Shown here one piece after another: positions 9,936 to 19,463 of a stretch of 64,000 bases of DNA. A model generated the notes under the pieces. It had not been told where the DNA came from, ran no database searches, and saw only the letters and a list, made by a program, of their open reading frames with translations. Source of the DNA: a virus (taxonomy: Duplodnaviria; Caudoviricetes); IMG/VR virus record IMGVR_UViG_3300020576_006967, positions 96,001 through 160,000 of that record. The stretch is one strand, 5' to 3'. Position 1 is the first letter of the stretch, and every line of letters starts with the position of its first letter. A program made the position numbers and the translations under genes.

Positions 9936-10351
9936 GTGAAATCACCTTGTGGGCAATAGATCCAAGCTATTTGGATAATTTTGCTTTAAAAAAATGTTGG
10001 AATGACGCAAATGAAGTAAAAAACTTGATTATAAGCAAACGCCATCAAAATGTTTGCACAATGTTTTCAAAAGGTCATGAGCTTGGCCAAATTAAATCTT
10101 ATTTGTTTTTTATATATCTGGAAGGCGTTAAAAGAGGTCTTAGTTTCGAAAGCTATGTAATAGACCCAAAAATTCTTAGGTTTGCGCAAAAAATTGGAGA
10201 GATAAGACCAATAAGCATTCCTGAATCTAGATTAAAAAAAGAGAGACAAACTTTTTTAAGTGCGCTTAAACAAAGAGATTCCCATAAATTTTCTCAATTA
10301 ATACAAATCACAAAATTCGACAAACACTCAAGTTTCAAAATAGAAGAATGA
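9932..10351 (+). CDS. pyrimidine-dimer DNA glycosylase/endonuclease V-like protein (divergent)
   Basis: LWAIDPSYLD..AL...W and YL..IY.EG.KRG.SF resemble the family motifs MRLWSLHP.YLD and YL..V..EA..RGY.F. Confidence 0.55.
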   Translation: MSEITLWAIDPSYLDNFALKKCWNDANEVKNLIISKRHQNVCTMFSKGHELGQIKSYLFFIYLEGVKRGLSFESYVIDPKILRFAQKIGEIRPISIPESRLKKERQTFLSALKQRDSHKFSQLIQITKFDKHSSFKIEE

Positions 10352-10605
10352 AAGATAAAAAATTTATTTTAGGATTAAACACTGAAAACATTAATTTAAA
10401 AGGTGTTCAAGATATCCTGGTTAAAAACGGATGGTTTTTTAAATATGTTCAAGTTGGTAATAAGGTGAGAATTAAAGTTTATCTTCTTGAAGAAGATTTT
10501 GATTTTTTTAAAGAGGATCCTTTTTATACCGTAAGAGCCAACACAAAAGAAGAAGCGTTTAAATTGTTTTTAATAGATACCAAAGAAAAATATGGACTTA
10601 TCTGA
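10348..10605 (+). CDS. hypothetical protein
   Basis: Coupled ORF. Confidence 0.6.
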   Translation: MKDKKFILGLNTENINLKGVQDILVKNGWFFKYVQVGNKVRIKVYLLEEDFDFFKEDPFYTVRANTKEEAFKLFLIDTKEKYGLI

Positions 10606-10954
10606 AGAAAATAGAGTTATGTGCGATAAACGCATTGCGTATTTTCTCGGATGGAGAATTGACAATTCTTTTCCAGACAAAAATCGTGTTTGGCGGTTGG
10701 GAAACAACGTGGAGTTGGACTCAACATTCAAGTTTTCAAATGATTATGAGGCATTGATGAATGTTGTTGAAAAAATTGAAGATCTTGGTTTTATTTTTAT
10801 GATAAATAAAGCATGTGTAAGAGTTTACAGAACACAGGAAGAAAAAGTTTTTGGAAATCTTATAGAAATAGATTCGCCATCAATAAAAGATAAAAGAACG
10901 GCCATATATTTGGCTGTAGCCGAATTTTGTAGGATTAATTTAGAATTAAAATAA
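10592..10954 (+). CDS. hypothetical phage protein
   Basis: IAYFLGW...DYEALMNVVEKIE; similar to 39134-39523. Confidence 0.7.
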   Translation: MDLSEENRVMCDKRIAYFLGWRIDNSFPDKNRVWRLGNNVELDSTFKFSNDYEALMNVVEKIEDLGFIFMINKACVRVYRTQEEKVFGNLIEIDSPSIKDKRTAIYLAVAEFCRINLELK

Positions 10955-10965
10955 AACAATCTGTT

Positions 10966-11376
10966 ATGAGCGAAGTAAAAAAAATAAATGAGTTTATCGC
11001 ACAAAGCGGAGTCCAATTTGATATTATCTTAAGAAGAGAATCAGGTGAAAGTTTTAATTTTCATGTTAAAGGCCCTGAAGAATTTCCAGAAATATTAGAT
11101 TACAAAGAGACAATATTTTCAACACACGAGCATGAAGGGATTATAAGAATCATAAAAAGAGTGTGCGACGATTCTGTTTTTCATCAATCAGATATTGTGG
11201 AAATAGAAGGAGTTGGCACTTGTTTTATTGTTGAGTTTTGTGAAGATCTTATACACTGTTTTGTAGTTGATTTAGATAATACAAAGCGTAAGGTTGAAGT
11301 AAATAATTTAATTGAAGTTGTGTCAGAAGAAAGAGGTGAAGCTCCCGAATTTGGGCTTGATAGTTTATCTTTATGA
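10966..11376 (+). CDS. hypothetical protein (R..DG..F..GD.V family)
   Basis: KRVCDDSVFHQSDIV shared with genes at 61.4-62.7 kb. Confidence 0.65.
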   Translation: MSEVKKINEFIAQSGVQFDIILRRESGESFNFHVKGPEEFPEILDYKETIFSTHEHEGIIRIIKRVCDDSVFHQSDIVEIEGVGTCFIVEFCEDLIHCFVVDLDNTKRKVEVNNLIEVVSEERGEAPEFGLDSLSL

Positions 11377-11780
11377 ATGAAATACAAAAACAAATAACAT
11401 CTGGCAAAATTTGCACCTACTGCAAAAAACCAACTGTGTTTGTAGACACGTATGAAGTTTATGGTAAAAGTTTTGGAAAACTATATTTGTGCAGAGATTG
11501 TAAAGCGTGGGTTGGAACCCACAAAGACACAGAACAAGCATTGGGCTCAGTTGCTAATAGTGAGCTAAGAGATTGGAGAAAAGAGGCTCATGCTCATTTT
11601 GATAAACTTTGGCTTAGAAAAATAAAAAAAGACAACTGTTCAAAAACAAAAGCTAGAGTTGCCGCTTATAAATGGCTGTCTGAAAAACTTGGGTTACCAG
11701 TAGCTGAAACACATATAAGTTGGTTTAACATAGATATGTGCATGCGTGTAGTGGAAATTTGCAAACCTTATTCTTCATGA
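11373..11780 (+). CDS. zinc-finger protein (DUF3268-like)
   Basis: CTYC...YLCRDCKAWVGTH..ALGSVANSELR..RKEAHAHFD.LW...THI. Confidence 0.8.
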   Translation: MNEIQKQITSGKICTYCKKPTVFVDTYEVYGKSFGKLYLCRDCKAWVGTHKDTEQALGSVANSELRDWRKEAHAHFDKLWLRKIKKDNCSKTKARVAAYKWLSEKLGLPVAETHISWFNIDMCMRVVEICKPYSS

Positions 11781-12040
11781 TAGTGCTTTTACTTAAAATG
11801 AACGGCGAACATACTGAATTGATTAACATTGCAGCAAGAGTGCTTGGTGATTTTTCACACTATGATGAATTGAGTATATATGAACAAAAAGATCAATTTG
11901 AAATTATTACAACCTCATTTAAAAAAAGATATGTTACAAGAACATATATTGGCAAATATAGATGGAGAGTTTTAAGGGCATATTACAAAAAATTTGAAGA
12001 AGATGAAGTGGAGCTATATTTAAGAAAAACAAAAACATGA
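11777..12040 (+). CDS. hypothetical protein
   Basis: ATGA-coupled start at 11777. Confidence 0.55.
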   Translation: MIVLLLKMNGEHTELINIAARVLGDFSHYDELSIYEQKDQFEIITTSFKKRYVTRTYIGKYRWRVLRAYYKKFEEDEVELYLRKTKT

Positions 12041-12194
12041 AACGCATAAAAAACATTGCCCAATACGCAGTTAAGTACAATAACAAGCTAATGAGGCTTA
12101 ATCCAATTCCGCCATTTGTTATGCTCTTGTTATTAATAGCAATTGGCATTTTGTCTTATTTCAAAAACAAACATTTTTTTTAACTGCAATAATT

Positions 12195-12839
12195 ATGGAA
12201 AACGAAACTTATAACATTCTGAAAGACCCAGAACAACCAACAATAGGCATGGAAATGCAAGGTAGAAAATCAATGTTTGACTTCTTTGGGCCAACCATGA
12301 TAGTACAAAAAATACAAGCTCTCGAATTTAAAGATGGAAAAATGTGGCGTAGGCCACAAAATATAGAATTTGTAAACGGAGAACTTCCAGACAAAGAGGG
12401 GTGTGATGAATTGATAATGCACTCACATAAAACAAGAGTTGGTGTGCATTGGCTTTGTTGGGTAAATTTCAAAAAATTCAATGTTGATAAATTTTTGGAA
12501 GAACTTTACGCAATGGATCAAAGTGAAAGCGGAGCTATAAAACTTTGTGGAAAAGCTCATGAAACAATGAGCATATCTTCTCAATACGAAATTTGGGAAG
12601 AGTTGTTTGACAAAATAGATGTTGATAAAATTAACACATCTGGTTTAGCTTCATTTTTTGTATCTGCTAAATCTCACAGGGAATTTATAAAAAATTACAA
12701 TCCATTTGTTGATAGAGTAATCGAAACTTGTGCAAAAGAAGACCCAGAAAAAGGAAAGGATTATTACGATATTGCATTTGGAAAATTTAAATTTACTGGC
12801 GAAGAAAAAAAAGACATATTCGACGACTTATTGAGCTAA
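12195..12839 (+). CDS. hypothetical protein
   Basis: 214-aa ORF. Confidence 0.7.
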   Translation: MENETYNILKDPEQPTIGMEMQGRKSMFDFFGPTMIVQKIQALEFKDGKMWRRPQNIEFVNGELPDKEGCDELIMHSHKTRVGVHWLCWVNFKKFNVDKFLEELYAMDQSESGAIKLCGKAHETMSISSQYEIWEELFDKIDVDKINTSGLASFFVSAKSHREFIKNYNPFVDRVIETCAKEDPEKGKDYYDIAFGKFKFTGEEKKDIFDDLLS

Positions 12840-13121
12840 ATATGGAAAAGTTAGATAAAGAAAATATGATAAAATCAATACAGTCAAGAATTGAGGCTGA
12901 ATATATGAAGCACAAAAAATTGGATTGGGCACAAATAGCTGCAATAAAAATAGTGTCAAATATTGAATATTATTATGATGTAAACAAGAAAAAAGATGTT
13001 GACTAAAACAGAAAAATTTTTGTTTGCAGTCATGATTATATTGTCAATAGCTGAAGCTGTATTATATGGCATTGAGGCTTATATTAATTACCAACAATGT
13101 CCAACGTGTTATTAAACCAGA

Positions 13122-15920
13122 ATGAGTTATATTTACAGCGTATTTCAGAAAGCAATTTTTAATTTTTTATTACATGGAATGGGTAATGCCGTTATTTCTG
13201 CTGTGGCTGGAAGTGGTAAAACAACAACCATTCAAGAGTGTTTGACCTTAATTCCATCAGATAAAAGTGTGTTATACATGGCGTTTAACGTTGAGACGGT
13301 TAATAAAGTTAAAATCAAATACGTTTCAAATACGAATATTAAATTTAAAACTTCTCATGGTATTGGATATGCGGCATTATTAAAACATGACAGCTCCATT
13401 GAACTAGATGAATATAAATATTCTAAAATGATACGTAATATTCATCACTATATTTTAGAAGGCAAATCAAACAAAATAAAAGAATACGGTTTCACTCCCG
13501 AAATTTTAAGAGATCTCCAAGAGTTTAGAGCTGATAGTGAGCTGCCAGATTACGATAGCTTAGAAAATTTTCAAGATAGAATAAAATCTCTTTGTTCTCT
13601 GGCAAGAGGCATGCTTGTGTATAATTGTGAAGAACTAGAAATGATAGCTAGGACTTACGATATTGATTATAGCAATGGCGAATGTCGCATTGCTCTTTTA
13701 TTGGTTAGTCTTGGTGAATACTATTCATCAAAGGTTGATTATACTGACATGATTTATTTTCCAAATAGATTTAATTTAAAAACAGATCAATACGATTTTG
13801 TATTTGTTGATGAGTGCCAGGATTTAAATAAGGCCCAGAGATTACTAATGCTTAAATCTTTAAAACCAAATGGCAGATTTATTGCTGTTGGCGACCCTTG
13901 TCAACCCGAAGGCACAACTGTACAGGTTGTTATTAAAAAAGCTGACAGATGGAATAAAGCAATTATAATTGATAAAAAAATAGAAGATTTAACTTTAGAA
14001 GATAAAGTTGTGTCAGCTGATTTTAGAAGTTCTTCTTTTGTGTATGGTAGAAAAATTTTAGGTATAACCAAAAAAGAATATCAAGGAGATTTAATAAAGG
14101 TTGATTTGCCATCTGGCAAGTCAAGTAAATATACAATAAACCATCATTGTGTAGCTGATTTTAAATCAGTATCGCACAAATATGCTGTGTATATGATGAA
14201 AAGAGGTGATAATTTTAGGGTAGGTAGAAGTAAATTAGATTATGGAAATACTGGATCTGGTGTTTCAGTAAGGGCTAGAACTGAAAAAGCTGAAAGTTTT
14301 TGGATTCTAGATGTTTATGATACAAAAGAAGAGTGCGCCTTAATGGAAAAAGCAATCTCTGGAAAATTTGGTATTCCAGAGATAACTTTTGAACCTTCTT
14401 ATAGTAGTTCTGATAGAATTATATTTAATAAAGAATTTTTAGATAAAGCATGGAAATATTTATCTGATACACATCTAATGGAAAGAGCAGAAAGGTGTTT
14501 GACAGAATTTGGAAGAGATATTCGTTATCCATTTTTTTCATTAGACAATAAAAAACAAAAAACATTTAAAAGACCAATTGTCGTTCATGCTTGTAATTTA
14601 TTAGATGGTTGTTTAATGCTCCCTTTTAACAAACAAAATGGTAGCCATTACAAAAAAACACAGTGGGAACAAATAAAAATTAAAAGAGAAAAATACTCTG
14701 GTTTTGTTTATAGTTTATCTGTTGAAAAAGAGAGCTTATATGTTGCTGACAATATTTTAACGCATAATTGTCAAGCAATTTATGGCTTCGCTGGCGCAGA
14801 TTTTATAAGTTTTAAACAGTTTGTTAAAATACCTAACACCATAGAGCTTCCGCTTTCTGTGTGCTACAGGTGCGACAGCGAAATAATAGATTTAGCTAAG
14901 ACTTTGGTTCCACACATAGAGTTTTTCGATAAGAATGCTAAAGGAGTTGTAGATAATGAGGCTAAAAAAGAAAACATAAAAAGTGGAGATATGGTACTTT
15001 GCAGAACAAATTATCCTCTTATAAAAATGTGTCTTGATTATTTAAAGGTTGGAGTAAAGGCTCATGTGAGAGGTAGAGATATTGGAAAAAATATTGTTGA
15101 CATTTTAAAGAAAAGTAAAACCGAAGATCTATCTGCGCTGTTTAGTTACGTGTATACAGATTTAGAAAAGATTAAAAAAAGAGTACAAGACAAGCACGGT
15201 CTTAGCTTTTCAGAAGCACAAGAGCACCCAACTTATGTTGCCTATAAAGAAAAAATAGAAATCATAGAACTTTTATCTGCTGAAGCAAAAACGGTTAACG
15301 ATATAGTTTTAAAAATAGAACAAATATTTTCAGACGACAATGACGACGGGATTCAATTAAGTACAATACACAAAGCTAAAGGTTTAGAAAGCGACAATGT
15401 TTTTATCATACACAGAGAGCTTCTTGGTTCTATGTATTCTGGCCCAAACTCACAAGAAGACAATATAATGTATGTAGCCTATACAAGAGCAAAACACTAT
15501 CTTGGTTTTGTTATTGATTTTAGTGCATATAAAGACAAAAAACAACATGATAAATCTGGTGAGGCAAAAATTATCCCTAAATCAAATTTTGTAGGAACTC
15601 TAAATGAAAAAATGTTTATTGATTTAACATTAAGAAACACGGTGGTTTCACAAGATGGTAAATATACAATTTATAAATTTGTGGATGAGTTTGGCAATAT
15701 TTTTTCTAAATTTGCTCCAGTTCCAGAAGAGTTTCTTTCTGGGAAAACTTTTAGATGTTGTATAAAAATAACAAAGCATAACGAATTTAAAGGCGTAAAA
15801 GATAATACCGTTTCGTATATGGAGACAGAAGCGGATGCAAAAGCCAGAGATGAAGAAGTTGAAAGAAAAAGAATTAGTAAGCTTACTTTAAAAAAAAAAG
15901 AAAAAAAACCAAAATTTTAA
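13122..15920 (+). CDS. uvrD: UvrD/Rep-like SF1 helicase containing an intein
   Basis: AVAGSGKTT, VDECQD, VGDP[intein]CQAIYGFAGAD, CYRC, LSTIHKAKGLE, YVAYTRAK. Confidence 0.92.
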   Translation: MSYIYSVFQKAIFNFLLHGMGNAVISAVAGSGKTTTIQECLTLIPSDKSVLYMAFNVETVNKVKIKYVSNTNIKFKTSHGIGYAALLKHDSSIELDEYKYSKMIRNIHHYILEGKSNKIKEYGFTPEILRDLQEFRADSELPDYDSLENFQDRIKSLCSLARGMLVYNCEELEMIARTYDIDYSNGECRIALLLVSLGEYYSSKVDYTDMIYFPNRFNLKTDQYDFVFVDECQDLNKAQRLLMLKSLKPNGRFIAVGDPCQPEGTTVQVVIKKADRWNKAIIIDKKIEDLTLEDKVVSADFRSSSFVYGRKILGITKKEYQGDLIKVDLPSGKSSKYTINHHCVADFKSVSHKYAVYMMKRGDNFRVGRSKLDYGNTGSGVSVRARTEKAESFWILDVYDTKEECALMEKAISGKFGIPEITFEPSYSSSDRIIFNKEFLDKAWKYLSDTHLMERAERCLTEFGRDIRYPFFSLDNKKQKTFKRPIVVHACNLLDGCLMLPFNKQNGSHYKKTQWEQIKIKREKYSGFVYSLSVEKESLYVADNILTHNCQAIYGFAGADFISFKQFVKIPNTIELPLSVCYRCDSEIIDLAKTLVPHIEFFDKNAKGVVDNEAKKENIKSGDMVLCRTNYPLIKMCLDYLKVGVKAHVRGRDIGKNIVDILKKSKTEDLSALFSYVYTDLEKIKKRVQDKHGLSFSEAQEHPTYVAYKEKIEIIELLSAEAKTVNDIVLKIEQIFSDDNDDGIQLSTIHKAKGLESDNVFIIHRELLGSMYSGPNSQEDNIMYVAYTRAKHYLGFVIDFSAYKDKKQHDKSGEAKIIPKSNFVGTLNEKMFIDLTLRNTVVSQDGKYTIYKFVDEFGNIFSKFAPVPEEFLSGKTFRCCIKITKHNEFKGVKDNTVSYMETEADAKARDEEVERKRISKLTLKKKEKKPKF
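13899..14768 (+). mobile_element. intein (290 aa) in helicase motif III
   Basis: Starts Cys (CQPEGT), block B TINH, ends VYSLSV..YVADNILTHN, +1 Cys; removal restores GDPCQAIYGF. Confidence 0.92.
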
Positions 15921-16745
15921 ATGGAAGCCACAAAAACAAAAATAATTAAGCTGGGTTACCAGGCACCAAAAGGTTATAGAATTAATCGTGGTTTTATGAC
16001 CATTGGAATCAAAGACATGCACTATTGTTATTCGCATGATTTTTGGTTTGATAAAGAGGAACAAAGTCGTTTGTTGCATTTTGGACAACCGTGTTTTTAT
16101 ACAGATGGATATGTAGAAGGTAGACATAATTATTATGGCGAGGGAAGTATGTTGTGGGCAAGACGTAAGGGTTTTACTTTAAAGAAAGCGCTTAGACTTA
16201 TTAAAAAAACCAAAAACATTCCTGTTGGAACCATTGTAAATATTGAGCACAACCAATACGCCACAAGCAAGAAAGGTAAAACTGTAAGTTTGGGTTATAA
16301 ATATAGAGTTAGGAAAGAAAACACATTTGACCCTAAGTACGAGGTTTCAAGACCAAGTTATTTTAAAAATTTCAACACCGATCAAAAAGCTAAAGAACTT
16401 ACAGATTTGTTAAGAGCCAACGGGTTTTTAGTAAGTGTTTCAAATAAAAACCCAAATTTCATTTCTTCGCTGATTTCAACCGCAGCCTCTTATAAAGGTT
16501 CTCACATAGATGTACAAGAAGAAGAGGGTGAAACAGCTGTTGCATACGGTCACGGTCTTAGAGTTGGTTATTCTTCAAACAAAGATAGTTATTATGGGTA
16601 TTCAAACGGTTGTGAATTAGTTTTGTACGATAAATGGGACGAGTTTGACAAATGGAGTAGATGTAATGGAATTAAAAAAGACGTTCCAAACGAAGAAATT
16701 GTAAGACTACTTATTGAATATTCTAAAACCACACATGAACAATAA
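15921..16745 (+). CDS. hypothetical protein
   Basis: 274-aa ORF abutting the helicase. Confidence 0.75.
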   Translation: MEATKTKIIKLGYQAPKGYRINRGFMTIGIKDMHYCYSHDFWFDKEEQSRLLHFGQPCFYTDGYVEGRHNYYGEGSMLWARRKGFTLKKALRLIKKTKNIPVGTIVNIEHNQYATSKKGKTVSLGYKYRVRKENTFDPKYEVSRPSYFKNFNTDQKAKELTDLLRANGFLVSVSNKNPNFISSLISTAASYKGSHIDVQEEEGETAVAYGHGLRVGYSSNKDSYYGYSNGCELVLYDKWDEFDKWSRCNGIKKDVPNEEIVRLLIEYSKTTHEQ

Positions 16746-18000
16746 ATTATCAAAAATTGCCAAAGGCATAATCGGATCAGAGATTGTAAAAATCTCAAAT
16801 GAAATAAACGAAAAGAAAAGAAATGGTGAACAAGTTTTCAATTTAACTATTGGAGATTTTGACCCACAACATTTTCCAATTCCAGAAACATTAAGATATC
16901 AAATACTAAAGGCCTATTCTGATGGAAATACAAATTATCCACCAGCTGATGGCGTTTTAGAACTTAGAGAAGCAGTAAGCAAGTTTCATGAAATGCAGGG
17001 TTTAAAATTTGATCCAACTGAAATTTTAATTGCTGGCGGAGCAAGGCCAATCATATATAGCATTTATAAGGCCATTGTAGACCCAGGTGATAAAGTTGTT
17101 TTTGCTACACCTTCGTGGAATAACAATCACTACACTTATCTTTCTTGCGGAATTCCAGTTATAATTGAAACAACGCCAGAAAACAACTTTATGCCATCTG
17201 CTAAAGATATTGAGCCATTTATTGGCGATGCTGCGCTTATAGCCCTTTGTTCCCCTCAAAATCCTACTGGAACAATGTTTACAAAAATAGGCTTAAGAGA
17301 TATTTGCGTGTTGATTCTTGAAGAAAATGCAAAAAGAAAAGCAGAAGATAAAAAACCAGTTTATTTAATGTATGATCAAATTTATTGGTTGTTAACAAGT
17401 AATGGTTTAGAGCATTATGACCCAGTTAGTCTATTTCCTGAGATGAAAGAATATACCATTTATGTTGATGGTATTTCTAAGTCGTTATCTGCAACTGGTA
17501 TTCGTGTTGGTTGGGGTATGGGTCCAAAGTTTATCATAGACAAGATGAAGGCCATATTAACTCACGTTGGTGCCTGGGCACCAAAAGCAGAACAAGTCGC
17601 TGTTGCAAAATATTTGCAGCTGCAGGAAACTGTAACAAAAGATATTGAAAAACAAAACAATAGAATAAGTTTAAGAGTTGAGAAGTTTGCTAACGGATTT
17701 GTTGATCTTGCTATGAAAGGTTATAACGTTGATGTAATCACGCCTCAAGGCGCTATTTATTTATCTGTTAAGTTTGCTCTTAAAGGTTTAATAAAAGAAA
17801 ATGGTGAAGTTCTACAAACCACATCAGATGTTACCATGTATTTACTTGATGAAGCGAAGATGGCCATTGTACCATTTTATGCTTTTGGATCTTCTACAGA
17901 ATCCGATTGGTACAGAGTATCTATTGGCACATGTTCATTAGAAGATATAGATACTGTTTTCATTAAACTTGAGGAATCTCTTTTAAAGTTAAAAAAATAA
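16735..18000 (+). CDS. PLP-dependent aminotransferase class I/II (aspartate aminotransferase-like)
   Basis: NLTIGD, YPPADGVLELR, CSPQNPTG, DQIY, GISKSLSATGIRVGW (PLP lysine). Confidence 0.93.
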   Translation: MNNKLSKIAKGIIGSEIVKISNEINEKKRNGEQVFNLTIGDFDPQHFPIPETLRYQILKAYSDGNTNYPPADGVLELREAVSKFHEMQGLKFDPTEILIAGGARPIIYSIYKAIVDPGDKVVFATPSWNNNHYTYLSCGIPVIIETTPENNFMPSAKDIEPFIGDAALIALCSPQNPTGTMFTKIGLRDICVLILEENAKRKAEDKKPVYLMYDQIYWLLTSNGLEHYDPVSLFPEMKEYTIYVDGISKSLSATGIRVGWGMGPKFIIDKMKAILTHVGAWAPKAEQVAVAKYLQLQETVTKDIEKQNNRISLRVEKFANGFVDLAMKGYNVDVITPQGAIYLSVKFALKGLIKENGEVLQTTSDVTMYLLDEAKMAIVPFYAFGSSTESDWYRVSIGTCSLEDIDTVFIKLEESLLKLKK

Positions 18001-18055
18001 AATCATGCAAGAACAGAAAAAAAGAATTAGTTTCACCTGATTTAATTTATTAGTT

Positions 18056-18367
18056 ATGATAAGAAGAGCTATTTTATTTACTGGTTATAGATTTACAATT
18101 CTTGGCAACGACCACATGGAAAGCCACGATTGGAATTTACAAAGAGAACTAGGTAAAGGTGTTGCATATCCATACAACAAAAGAGGTGGATTGATGTATA
18201 TTATTTTTCCAGGCGATCCTAGTGAAGATGAAATAACGGAGTTAATAAAAAAAATTGAAGTTATTTGCAATTTTAAATACTATGATTCAAAAGAAGAACA
18301 GTATCAGGCTCAATATGAATTGAATTTAAAATCTATGTTTGGTGACAAACTTGTTATTAAAGAATGA
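18056..18367 (+). CDS. hypothetical protein
   Basis: Coupled ORF. Confidence 0.6.
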   Translation: MIRRAILFTGYRFTILGNDHMESHDWNLQRELGKGVAYPYNKRGGLMYIIFPGDPSEDEITELIKKIEVICNFKYYDSKEEQYQAQYELNLKSMFGDKLVIKE

Positions 18368-18642
18368 CAATAAAAACTCATTCTAGCTGGTTTGTATACA
18401 TTGTTAGGTGTGGAGATGGAAGTTTATACACTGGAATAACAAACGATCTTAAAAAACGAATTAAAGCACACCAGGAAGGAAAAGGCGCAAAGTATACAAG
18501 AGGAAGAAATCCAATTGTACTATTGACAAGTTTTGAATTTGAAAACAAATCGCTAGCAGCCAAAGAAGAATATAGAATAAAAAAATTAACAAGACCACAA
18601 AAAGAAAATTTAATCAATGAGTCACAGAGTTTACATCCTTAA
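18364..18642 (+). CDS. GIY-YIG nuclease (UPF0213/YhbQ-like)
   Basis: FVYIVRCGDGSLYTGITNDLKKRIKAHQEGKGAKYTRGR...E..IK. Confidence 0.9.
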   Translation: MTIKTHSSWFVYIVRCGDGSLYTGITNDLKKRIKAHQEGKGAKYTRGRNPIVLLTSFEFENKSLAAKEEYRIKKLTRPQKENLINESQSLHP

Positions 18643-19369
18643 AGGAAAAAATAATTATTTCAATTCAAATGAATTTGTGTCAGAGAATGCCTTTTGTGCG
18701 TTTTTTGGTTTTTCCATATTAGGCTGGGAGGTTGTACCTTTTACAGCAAATGAACACATTGATAGACTTACACGCAATGATGTTGTTGTAGCTGGATTAA
18801 GCACATTTAAAAAAAGTGTTGAGCAACTTGGCTTTAAATGCCCTGAAGAAATTGATTATCCCGAAGAACTGTCTGAGTTTTATGGTAGAAAAATGTGGAG
18901 TAGCAATTTGAAAGATATCTACTTTGATGAGACTAGTTGGCCAATCTTCATAAAGCCAAAAAGACAAAAACTTTTTACTGGCGTACACATAAAAGGACCA
19001 ATGGATGTGTCAAAATTGGGGGCAGATAAAACCGTGGATGTTTGGTGCAGCGAGCCAGTTAATTTTGTATCAGAGTGGCGTTGTTTTGTGCGTTATGGTA
19101 AAATCCTTGATGTGAGAAACTATAATGGAGATTGGAGTATAACCCCAAATAAAGCAACCGTTCTTAGAGCTATAAATGAATATGAGTCTCAGACGGCTGG
19201 ATATGGTATTGACTTTGGTGTCACGGATGATGGTAGAACATTGGTTGTAGAGGTAAATGATGGTTTTTCTTTGGGTAGTTATGGTCTGGCACCAGTAAAA
19301 TACGCCCAGATGCTTACCGCAAGATGGTTTGAACTTATGGATATTCCAGACCCTCTTCAAATAATTTAA
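18617..19369 (+). CDS. ATP-grasp protein (R2K/DUF4343-like)
   Basis: DYPEEL..F.GR, FIKP..KLFTG, SEWRCFV, IDFGV, VVEVNDGFSLG.YG. Confidence 0.85.
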   Translation: MSHRVYILKGKNNYFNSNEFVSENAFCAFFGFSILGWEVVPFTANEHIDRLTRNDVVVAGLSTFKKSVEQLGFKCPEEIDYPEELSEFYGRKMWSSNLKDIYFDETSWPIFIKPKRQKLFTGVHIKGPMDVSKLGADKTVDVWCSEPVNFVSEWRCFVRYGKILDVRNYNGDWSITPNKATVLRAINEYESQTAGYGIDFGVTDDGRTLVVEVNDGFSLGSYGLAPVKYAQMLTARWFELMDIPDPLQII

Positions 19370-19385
19370 ATGTTAAATTTTGCAC

Positions 19386-19416
19386 AACCTAGACAAAACG
19401 TCTAGGTTTTTCTTTT
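19386..19416 (+). terminator. Rho-independent terminator
   Basis: AACCTAGAC-loop-GTCTAGGTT followed by T-rich tract. Confidence 0.75.
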
Positions 19417-19463
19417 ATTGGTAATATATTTTATATACATTTGCCATACCAAGGTAAAAGAGT

